Origin: Podarcis tiliguerta
Taxonomy: Eukaryota
NCBI GenBank assembly: GCA_965153285.1
Contig: OZ229115.1
DNA length: 64,000 nucleotides
Direction: 5' to 3' (one strand)
The translations under genes and the position numbers were made by a program. Positions 35,875 through 47,800 of the stretch are shown here, piece by piece. The notes under the pieces were generated by a model. It was given only the letters and a program-made list of their open reading frames with translations, was not told where the DNA came from and did not search any database. Every line of letters begins with the position of its first letter. Positions within the stretch are counted from its first letter, which is position 1.

Positions 35875-38800
35875 CTGGGCGGTGGGGAGGGAAACGGGGA
35901 GGGGGCGGAGAAAGAGAGAAATCACAGCGTTAGAGTGAGGCAAGAACAAGACCAAAATGCTAAATGTTGCGGAAGCTGAGGAAATGAGATATGAAAGAGA
36001 TGTGGGCTTATGAAAACTATAAAGCAACGTAATTGGCTTCAATAAATCAGGAGGGCTAGAATATGCTAAAGACTAATTTATCAGGACGTAATCACTCCCA
36101 TTTCCCCAAACCACAGTTTGCCAAACTGGGGGGTAAAGGAGAGATTAATAATAATAAAAAAAAGCCTAAACAGTATGTGGCAGAACACAATTAAAAAAAA
36201 AAAATTCCAAATGTATATAATGATAAATACAGTGCCAGTTTACAGTCTTTTATAGGAAACATACTGTGTTTCATTTCAAGGCACCACTGCATGTAATGAA
36301 GTACCACTGGTAGAACTAACTCATCTGGAGGGAAACGCAGGAGCATTAGGACCTCACGTATGGACGTATTCAACTAAAGGAGGCAGGCAGCTTTCCTAGC
36401 CCTTCCCCTTTGCTCATCAAATTTTGACTGGGAATTCTGAAGGGCAGGGCTCAGTCTTTGGCATATGCTACTATGCAAAACATGGCTGGTGCAATAACCA
36501 TCATCACCACCCAATAACTACTGATGGGTAGAACTCTGTCCCCACAGGACCCCTCACAGGAGGAAAGGAGGGAAGCCATTGCAGATTCTTCCTCTCCCCC
36601 TCCCACCCTGGAAAGTTTCTCCAAAGCGCCAGATGACACTCCAGAACAAGGGGGAGGGCAGGATGAGGCCTTCCTCTAGTGAGCAGGAGGAATCCTTCTA
36701 TTTAGATGCTTCACATTCACTGAAATCACTGTTATGGAAACAGCATGAAATGGACATGTAGACTGCCAGATGTGATCTCACTCACTCACATATACAGTGC
36801 TTGGAAGCCATACATATTAATTTGCTGCTTGCCTGCTGACTGTAATCATGTTTCGAAGTGGTAACTACATTGCTGGGTGGTCCAACTTATTAACCCATGG
36901 CTTGCTGATCAAACCAGGATGACCCTCACAAATGAGTCAAGTAACCATGGCTTGTGCTGTCCAATGTTGGCTTCATTTTCTGACTGCCTCTTGTTTTGTA
37001 GGCATAGCTTCATAAGCCAGCTTAAAGCCATGGTTTCACAGTCTGGTTTGTTGGCCACGGGCAAACCATAATTAGTTGGCTGGAGTGGGTGGTTCAGAGA
37101 TGCAAGCAAAGCACAGCAGTTAAGCTAAGCAAATCATGGCTTAGCAAGACAAGCGAACCATGGTTTCTTTTCTCTATTTTAATTGCCTCGGTTTGGAACC
37201 ATCTATACCTTTTGTCTTTGAAAGGTATGTCACGTCTCAATATGTACCTTTCCCAAGTTTTGTCAGCTCCAAAGCTGCCATTTCTCTATGTCTAGTTCCC
37301 TTCCCCCACCCTTTTATGATCACATAGCACCCCCTCCCTCTCCCCTCTCTGCACATATCAATGATTCCTTCCCAGAAATAGCTTGAAAGAGCCTAACAGG
37401 CTCTGTGATTCAAACCCCGGTTAGCATGAAGAGTTGGTGTAAGGATGACTCACATTGTCATTCTGGAAGGAATGGAGGAAGTTGCCTCCCAGTTCACCAT
37501 CATCTCGTGGAGTGCCGGGAGGATTGCTAATGCCACTTATGTTGTTTGGAGAATTCTGCAGGGTTTTTTTTTTGTTTTAAAAAGAAACAACAGACCACAC
37601 AGAGATACACATGCAAGAAGTGAGTGTGTGCCTTTTTGAGTATGCTGCGTACTAGCAACTGCAACAAAAACATATTGTTCTACAATGGAAAAAAGATCAC
37701 ACGGGTAGCTAAATATATATGAGAAAATGACTTGTGCTTGATGACTCCCTCACAGGGCTAAGAGCAAAAGGGGGGGGGGGGAGAAAATGTCCTTGTGCTG
37801 GTGAGCAGAGGGCAGAAAAGAAGGGTAGAGCTTCAGTACTCCTTCCCTGGCCCTACCCCCAGGGTCCCATATTAACCCCCCAACATAGTTGTTATTTTGT
37901 CCATGAAAGCAAGAACAAAAGAACACGGCCCAGTCTAAGAATGCAGACTTACTTTTGGAAGTCCATCTATGTCTCCTGACCCTTGCGAAAGAAGAACAAA
38001 AGAAAGAAAAGAACGGTAGGCTGTTAGTGGGGGATAGCTGATTTCCTTGCTCTTGATCAGGGTCTTCCCCCCCCCCCATCAGCTCTCCCCACTCCCCCAC
38101 CCCCGTTCCGCACCAAAGTGTCCGGTTCCTGAAGCATCATCCAGAAATAAGACGCGGCTGCAAAAAGCTCCGCCTTGGCCTTCCCGGAAGCAGCTGGCAG
38201 TACATTAGTGAGCTGCAGGTCACAGCTGGGCTAATGCAAACCTCTTAACATTTGCCTCCAGAAAGGGACATGCTGGGGTTGCCTCAGCTGCCATTCCTTT
38301 GCATGCAGAACTCCCGGGAGCAGAGCCCCGGCTCACCTTCCTGCACGGCACTAGAGTAATGGCCTAATCGAGTTGCTACGGCCTCGGCTCCCTCCCGCGA
38401 GCTTCGTGACACTGATCAAGATGGAGTATAGCACCTCTACTTCAGCAAGATGTATAAGGCAAACATAGGAGGTTAATGGGTCTTTCTGCTGCTTTAATTA
38501 AAACACTCGTGCCACGGTTAGGTTGATGCTGCCGCTTCGCCTTTATCCATCAACAGGAGCCTGGCAAAGCCTGTGACCAGCAGTCCCTGCTCCCTGGCTA
38601 CTTTCCTATGCTGAGTGTGTCAGGAATGGCCAAGCCCTCACAAGACTGGGCTTTGTAGATTACTGGCATTGAGCAAGTCCCCAAAGCTCTGGAAACAAAC
38701 AGGATCCGCACCACAAAAACAAATGCTGAAAGCACACATCAGCCAACAGGCAGAGTCTTAGGAGCTCTGAGGTCAGAAAGCATCTGCTACAGAATTTTGC

Positions 38801-39429
38801 AGAGTATCAGGACAAAGGCCCCAGGTGTGGAGTCTAGCTAGGACTAGGGTCACCCCACCACCTTTGCAAGGGGTCCTTGCAAGGACCGATACCTGTACTA
38901 ATCCCGGATTCAAACATTTCCCCCCCTAGAGTGCAGTGCTGGGTGACTGCTATTTTAATTTCAACCATACACCCGAAGTAACCCTACACCGGGGTCACTG
39001 CAAAAAGCAACAATTAAAGCAATTTGCGGTTCGCTGCATGTCCTCCCAGGGTTCTGTACCAAGGGCACTCTAACTCTGGACCCAAACAGATTATAACATA
39101 TCTTAAACAACTATTCCACTGCCTGGTGTTGATCCCCCAATCAACAATTCTGCATTCCCACATTAACATAAAGCAATGTTTTCAGCCAGGAACAAGTACA
39201 TGAAAAATGTTAAAACATGTTTGTGATTGCACATCCTATACAGTTAAAATGACAAAGTGCGCAACTAGAACTCATTTTATCACTGCTGGTTCTGGGATGT
39301 CCCGTGAGAAGATAGTCCAAAAACGCTGAATATTGCTGAAGTCTTACCTAATGAGCCATTCATGTGATGCGGCTCCATCCCACCCATGCCCCCCATTGGG
39401 CCATCTGAGCCAGGTCCCATGGGGAACTG

Positions 39430-39476
<47 letters not shown>

Positions 39477-41810
39477 GCTGTCAGTTACGACACATCACTC
39501 ATATTATAAAATATCCAACATACAATATATTATATTGTATTATATATTATATATTACAAATACAATATATTATATTGTATATTATATTATATATACAATA
39601 TAATATATATACAATATATTAGCTTGTATGTCTATTGGCAGCTAGATGCTTCAGAACACCAATGGCAGCAATGCTCTGCAAACCGAGGTTTCTGAATTCT
39701 GTTTAAAACACAAAATAATGAAAGGTTCTTTAGGAAACAATAGTTTGCACTGAAAACCCACCATCACCCACTGGGTATGTGTCTTCCAAATTGAGGAGGT
39801 GTTGAAACACACCCTCTCTCAAGCCACTGATCTGTTGCATCTTGTACCACTCCTGTGGGCAGCCTCAATCCTGACAAGGAAGTTGCAGGGAACTCTGCTG
39901 TTCTCTTTTGGATCAAAGTGGATAGCCAAGTGGAGCAGCTGCTGTCCAGCTTAAGACATGGTTGTCTGGGCATCTGATACTGTTGGGTGGTCTATGCCCG
40001 GCCATGCCACAACTACTGTGCTTTTCAGCTGTGCAGAAATTTTGCTGCCCTCCTCTACTTCAGCACCATGTGTGGGCAGTCTGGAACCCTTCGACCACAA
40101 ACAACTACTATATGCAGGGTCCATATAAAAGCCATCTCCAACTTGCCATGTGCAATCCCAGGGAGGAATTCAACATAGCATTAAGCACAAATCTTTCTGC
40201 TTGCGTGATGAAATGAATGCTCTGCCCTCTCTTCCCCCGCAAGTACTTCTGGGTGTTTTCCTGATCCCCACAGAGCCAGTTTTGTGGGCACGGGAGGAGG
40301 AGAGGGAGGAAAGCTACAGGAAGTCCATACATGGGCTTCTGCTGGTGGGGCTCATTTGCTGAATCCTGCCCTTAAGTGACAGAAGTAGTGCAAGAGGTGG
40401 AAGTTCTAATAACATGACTAATCCGGGCCTCTGAAATCTCATCTGCCAAAATGTTTCAGTTGCCAGTCAAGATTTCTTTAGGCTCCATGTCATCTAATTG
40501 TACCCCTGCCTTTCATCCAAGTTACAGTTTTCTATCCAAATACTGGCTAGGATCAGATTTCTTTAGCTTTAATGGATTAAGCCACAACACCTGTATTTAA
40601 ACCCCAGTTGTTGTTGTTTTTTTCCAATCATCAGTTTCCTTCTCCTAACATCCCATGAATTAAAACCCTGAGATTTAAGTGTTTGCTCCTCCTCTGCCTC
40701 CTCTCTGTTCTGTATTCCATCCTCTTTGGACAACGTTTTCTGAGAAATGGACAGGACACACTTTAAGCAATCATCCAGCTACTGGAGTTTAGACTAGTTC
40801 AGTCTGAAAAACTAGGTCTGAACATAGAAGTATTCAGGAAAGAGCTGCCGTTCCCCAATAAGAGCTGCTTATCCGAAATATTGGGCTGGCATTGTCCTGA
40901 AGACAAAAATCTGGCAGGTAATCTTAACAGAATCTCTTTGAGATCAGCTTGAGTAAAAGGTGAAGAAAGGCCCGGGCGTCAGCTGTGTCTCCTTTAAATG
41001 CAACCCCGCTAACCAGCAATGTGCGTGACAATCTTGACCAGAGCTGCGTGAACGCCGCTGTTTTAATAAGCGTAAAAAATTAACAAAGTCGCTGAAGAGT
41101 TAATCACTTTTTGATGGTTTGTTTTATTTCTGTTTTGTAACAAATGGCTGAAATCAATTAAACTGCTTTACCCTCAACTGATGAAGTTAATTATGATTTG
41201 TTATGGTATCTGATATGTAAATTATTAGAAAGCAGACTTACATTCGACCGACTGCCTCCAGGCGGTACGGGATTAATCATTGTGTAGATGTTGTCACTTG
41301 AATTTGTCGAATCTGTAGAACAGTGAAACCCACTAAGTCAGGGTGATTAATTCATTTCTTAATTAAAACAAACTCATGCCACTTGAACTCATTCTTTTGT
41401 ATTTTATCACCTAAAATTCTCTCTAAGTACCACCATTTTCTGGCTAATTTGTATTTAATGAAGATTCACAAAGTTTTTAATCACAGAAATTCAACTGTGA
41501 AAAGAATTCTGCTACTAACCGAGAATATTGGGGCTTTCTTGCCAGGAGAGGTGTAGAAAGATAATTTGCTGCCATGTGTCGCATAACACCTCAAAATTAG
41601 CTGATGCAATTATCTTACTACAACATCATATTTCATCTTTTAAAAAAATAACAAAATACATGGATGACATTTAGTCACAATATTATTTTTTTAAAAAAAA
41701 AACAGAAAACCCAATATTTTTCTTAATAATGAAAGCACTACGAGACAAGTGTTTAATTGAGGGGCATAATACAAACAAAAATACACAAATTACAAGCAGG
41801 CCATGGTGAC

Positions 41811-41860
<50 letters not shown>

Positions 41861-44800
41861 TGGTGCCTACATTAACATATGGATTGTTTTATTATGACCT
41901 AGTCTGAAATGTAGGTCAGAGTTCTCATATAAATGCAAGAGCAGGAAGGCAGTGGTAATACTACACTGAAGCTCCACCCCTGCAGCTGTGGTACACGAGA
42001 GTTACACGCGGCATGGCTTACCTCCCCAGAGCCACCACTCCCCCTGCTTTTATTCTTGCCACCGACACATGCAATGTATAGTAAATCACCCTTGCAGGCC
42101 TATCAGGAATAGTCACCGGACCCAACACACTCTCTCTTCCTCCCCTCCCACTTTACTACGATGGAAATACATGGAGGGGGGGGGAGGGAATTTTACTCAG
42201 CCTCCTGGGGAGTGAGCACCGTTTTACAAAGTGGAATTCACTCCCAGTACAAATATGGCAACACGACAACACTGACCTTTTACAACAAAAAGAGATTTGT
42301 GTAGGCCTTCCTGGTGCTAATATTGGGCAACCCAAGAACAGAACAGCCCTAAAGAAGTTGGTTTTTTTTTTTAAAGGTGGGTGGGACTGGCTTAAAAACA
42401 ACAACAATAACCCTCTTTAAACTTCTTTTGGATATCTGGAGAATGTTCCTAGTTAACTTCTACAAATCCACCCCTCCCACAAATGATTTTTCCTTATCTA
42501 CCAACATAAAAATAGGTTTTAAAAAAATTACCGGCACCTCTCCCAACGTGTCAAATTTCACATGGATAATTCATCAAGCGACACAGCGACCTCTTTCACA
42601 TGGCTTACTGGGAGCTCAAGGCCGAAGTACGGTGCATACTGCCTCCCACCCCTCAGGAAAGGCCTTTGGTGCAGCCAAATCTCCCACTAACCCCATTTCT
42701 CATACCCCTCTTGCGGGGCTCCCTCATGTTTTAAGCCCTGGCAGAATAAAAGCCATCAGCACGTGGCTGGCAGCGAGGGCAGGGAAAGAGGAACGGAAGA
42801 CAAAACCTCTCCCTTTGAAAAGAGTCGGGTTGCTTTACAGCAGCTGCGCCCAATCAATAGCCAAACAGTGCATCGGTGGCATGCAGATTGTTGCTGTTGC
42901 AACCTTAAATAAAATCCAACAGCAAAGGAAACCTGCTAAGCTAACCCAACCATTACCGGGCTCTCAATTTTCTTTAAAATAAAAAATGGGGGGAAAATTA
43001 GTGCTGCTTTCTTTCACCCTTACCTGCGGGGCTAGGCATGATAGGTGTTCCAGGAGGACCTCCGCCACCAGGGGGCCCCTGTTGACAAGATTAAATACAC
43101 ATCAGGAACCACTGTGATAACACAGCCTGCAATAGGTCAGCCAGATCCTGCTGCTGTCAGCAACAATGTCTCACCTTGGTATTCAGCCAAGCATTAATCT
43201 CCTGCTAAAACCTTTGATGCACTCTTGTAGCCAAAGTGCAATTTCTTTGTTTAAGCCTCAGGAAAAATGAAGGTTTTACTGAGGAGCGGGGGGGGGGGGG
43301 CACATCTGTGCAAGGACCACATACCAAGTCTATCTGCCAGGGTAGTTAACAGGGGGTATTCTTTCTATAACCTTCACATCTGCAGAAGGTGCAAACAGAA
43401 ACGGGCAACTTAGAACGCTGCAACATACTTCTTGGGTGTGCCAATGGGACGATCTCATTCCAGAGCAACTAGAGGAGTGTGCATTCAAAGTTCTCCGCCG
43501 ACACGCGAATTGTAATCACCGTGCGAAACTTCAGAAATGCGTTCTCGAGACCCCTTAAACACAGTTACACCACCAGTGCATCATTCGCACAGCTGGGGTC
43601 GCTAAGGGATTTCTTTCCCTACTTTTGAGGCATGTTCAAGACTGGGGGGGTGGCGGCTTTTAACATGCTTTATTCACATTGTCTTGAGGAACAGAAAGGA
43701 GCTTCCTCAGAAACCATGCAGCTTGGACTTTTTAGAATTCTTGGCCTCACTGCAGAAGCGAATACACAAGGTACGGAACCAAGTCCCTGCAGGCACTAGT
43801 ATCCTGAGCCAGGATTCCTATTTGTGTGCACGCAAACACCAAAATATTGAATTGTATGGTGGACCGGCATGTCATGACCCATAAAGAAATATAAACCTAC
43901 CACGTATGTACCAGGCGATGAAGAAGAGTATGGAATCTGCAAGAAGATCAGAGCATAGGCATTACTTGATGAAATATACCAGCTGTACAGGGAAATGAAT
44001 CCTACAGGTGATGACTGTAGGCCAAGAGTCCATACAAATAAATTTATTATTATTATTGAATTTATATACCGCCCTATACATGGATGTCTCAACAACTGTT
44101 TCCTATGTTCAGGAGATGGATGCAACACATACAACCCAGATAACATCATTTCAGTCTTACTGTTCTTTTAAAATGTTCAGAGAACCCAAGATAGGAGCAG
44201 AGGGACACTGGAGCACATCGCACCATCCCACTGGGAAGGCATAGCTGTCAACTTTTCCCATTTCTTGTGAGGAATCCTATTCGGAATAAGGGAATTTCCC
44301 TTTAAAAAAGGGAAACGTTGACAGCTATACTGGGAAGGGGAATCAACACATTTCAACAGAGATTCAGGAACCCTCTTAAAAGATTGCACACAAGGGAGGG
44401 CAGTGGGAACAAGCACACTAGATCCGTCCCCTGGCCACCATTGGATGGCAAATGTCTGAAGCCGGGAGATTCCTGTACTTGTGGCAGTTCCCCAACCATT
44501 TTAGAAGCCTGATATTCTGGGGTTGGAAAACACGCAAGAGTCTCTACCGGCACACGTAGGTCCCGCTAACTGAACGCTTGTTATGCAAAAAATCGCTTAG
44601 TTGTGCCCAAACTTTGCTATACAAACAGCTGATTCAGATATCTGAACAGCTGGACTTGTGAGAATGGTGTTGCTTAATCGTGAGCTTTATTTTCAATGGT
44701 GAGCCTGAAATTTTCCTACTGTGTATCCGAGCCCACAAGCAAAGCCTCTTCCTCAGTCGTTGAGATGGGGGCAAAGTCGCTGTCCCTGAGTGTCGAAGAA

Positions 44801-47800
44801 CATGTCAGAGCCAAGCCCACAGAGTGCCAGCCAGGTTGGCATCTGGGACAATGAGGGAGACACCAAGGATGAAGAAAAGGAGGAGGAGGAGCTTGGCTTC
44901 CTCCAGGACTGAGCGAGTGAGTTTCGTCACTGCAGTAGCTGGTGGAGGAAGAAGAGGAGTTGGTGCTGATGCTGGCCTCAGCTTCATCATAGGCTTCACT
45001 CTTTGCCTAGGCCTCAGTGCCAAAGGAGGACGAATAAAGGAGGATAAAGAGGTGGGGGCTGCACCAGCGGAGGAAGCTCCTCAGCTCAGTCCCACAGGCT
45101 TTCCCTTGGCTGTCCTCATGGGCTCATGCAGTGACACTGTTGACCAACTAACACACTGGTTAGATTCAGGCAAGGGGAGTGGAACTGGTTCAAAAACGGG
45201 CAGAAAAGGGGTAGGCCAGTAGCACTTATCAGAGATGGAGGAAGAACTGGGGGAGGGTGACGGGGTGGAGAGACCATGCTGGTGTAGATATATAGTAGGA
45301 AAATGTGGTGTTTCTCCTGTTGCCTTGTTTTATCAGGGAACGCAGTGGGATTTCCCAATAGAAAACAAAGGAAATGATTGACTCGTTATGCGAATGCTCG
45401 CCTAACGAGCCATTTCTCAGCAACACATTATGGTTGGAAAGCAGGACCTATGTGTACAGGAGACTCCCTGATTCAGACTTTCTCCCTCCAACTCATGAAG
45501 GGAGACTGGAATGGTGGCTGCAGTGTGGGCCTAGTTAGTTTGGTTGTCCCCACTCACCCCGACAGCAGAATGCCAGAAGATGGCAAATGAGAGGAATTCA
45601 AGTACCACAGGAAAACTAAATGATGAGGGCCAAGTTTACAAGAACAAAGGCATTCAAATAAATGGACACTTACTGAATTAGCGCTGTTGGGATTGGGCCA
45701 TGGTCTACCAGCTCCTGGACCCCTGGAGTTTGAGAGAAAACAAGCTTTCAGCATGTACAGAGTGACAACGTGAAACCAAAATGTTTTCCACATCTAGAAT
45801 TGTAAGAACGTCAACGGAAAGCCAGCAGCATGGCAGGTGCCTTACATGTTAATCCCAGGCATGCCGGGCCCTAGAGAGTTGGGTGGAGGTCTCATTCCGC
45901 CGCCATAGTTCTGCAATGATAACCAAGGATCAGTCTACCATAACGAGAAGGGAAACCGGAGAAGAAAAGAGAAAGGAAAAAAACAAACAAAAACGAGAGG
46001 GTTAGTTTGTGAAAATGAACTTTAATTAAAAAAAAAAGATGATGATAATGAACATATAGGCAAAATTGGCTACTTTGAAAAAGTAAAACTGGACGGCGGC
46101 ATCTCTCAATTTGCTCTTTGACCAGGCAAAGGATTTTTTTTTTTAAAGGGGGAGTGGGGAAGAAAATCTTAGAAGCCACCCAAATTCCCATCTCATGGTA
46201 GGAGTGTACCAGGAATGCCCAGTGGGCTAAGGCTTCTAGCACTGGCCAATGCTGGTCATCAAGGAAGCCGTAGCTGCGCCTAAAGGGTATGGAAGATGGT
46301 TATCTTGAAAGGTAATAAACACAAACAAACAAGACCAAAAAAGAGAGGCTTGTCACAGGAAGCCAAACGGGGGAGGTAGACATGAAAGAATTAAGATTCC
46401 TTGCTTAGTGTTGTGGTGGGAGAATTGCATGAAAAGAAGCAGGAGAAAATGTGGGGTGGGCAGAAGAGAGAAAGGTTCTGCTTTAAGGAAGACAAGGCAA
46501 TGAGCACGTGATGGGGTGTTCAGAAAGGGGAATAGTGACAGCACAAAGGTTTGCAACAGCTTCTGAGTAAAGAGCATTCAGTTACAAAACAGCAAAGCTG
46601 GCCAGTCACAAAACTGCGCAAATCTTTATTGGTGCACAAGAAAGAGAAGACAATTCTTAGGCCAGAAAATGTCATTTCTCTCCCATTAAACACGGCTGGC
46701 AAACACTTTCGGTTCCCCCAACACAGACCAAAGTTAGAGCACAAATTCACTTCTGTGCACCAGAGAGATACTACAGAACTGTACTAGGTCCCACTTGTTT
46801 CGCAAAGGAGATCTAAAAGATGAAATCTGACAGAAAGGGCGCCAATCTGTCACAGCTGCGAGGCCCACGGAAAGCTAACGATTAAGGGCTGGGGATGAAA
46901 AGGCAGCTTATTGTGGAAGTCTACATGTGAGCACTTGCTGAAACACCTGAAGAAGCCGCTTCCTCCCCACCTCTCTGAAGTCATAAATCTAGATCTAAAG
47001 TCGGCGGCTATGGATTCCGACTTTCTTGGTTCCTGAAAGACAGCTGACACTTGGCTGGCTGATTGGCTCCCCTCCAAACATGGCTGCCCTGCAGGGCCTG
47101 ATGGAGACGGCACAAAGCAAAGAGGTGGTTCAAAGCGGGTTCCTCTTTGAAAAGAGTTTAAAGCAAAATTGCAACTGGCTTACATACTGTTTATAAGCGA
47201 CGCTTTTACCCTCTCGGAAGAGCTGCTCGCTGCACACCAGGCAGAGCTCTGCTGTGATTTTGTTGCAAGGGTTTCTCAGGAACCCTCAACTCTTGAACGG
47301 AACACTTTGGCCTTCCATTTCTCCTGACAGAGGGCAGCCACAGCTGGCAACAGATCTGCTGATCATTAGCCGATCAGTACAGTCCATACTCCTGGCAAGC
47401 AAACAGCCTGCTTGGCTGAATGCTAGGCAACCTGGGTAGTCACAATCTCCATTTTTTGAAAAAAGCAAATCAAAGAGCTTCACCTGCATCGCTAACTTCA
47501 GGGAACTACACAGGACAAGTGGGACAGCTCCTTCCTCACACTTTTATTAATGACATGTTTAAACTCTTATTGGCTAGGAACAGGGACCAATGCTATTTTG
47601 GAATGAGAAGCAAGCACCAAAGGGACAAAAAATGACTCCCCCCCCCCCACAACTCCGCACCCATAGCAAGGTAAACAAGAGCTAGACACAGGGAATGCTC
47701 ATCTACACACATTTCATGCATGGCTTTAGAAAGACTCCATGCACCTACACTTAACAGCAGCTGCAAATTCAACCACGGCAGATGCCTACGTAACTACAAC

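Noticed and set aside
42377-42982. 201-aa ORF antisense to an SSBP3 intron
   Set aside because: GTG start, no recognisable domain, composition looks non-coding.
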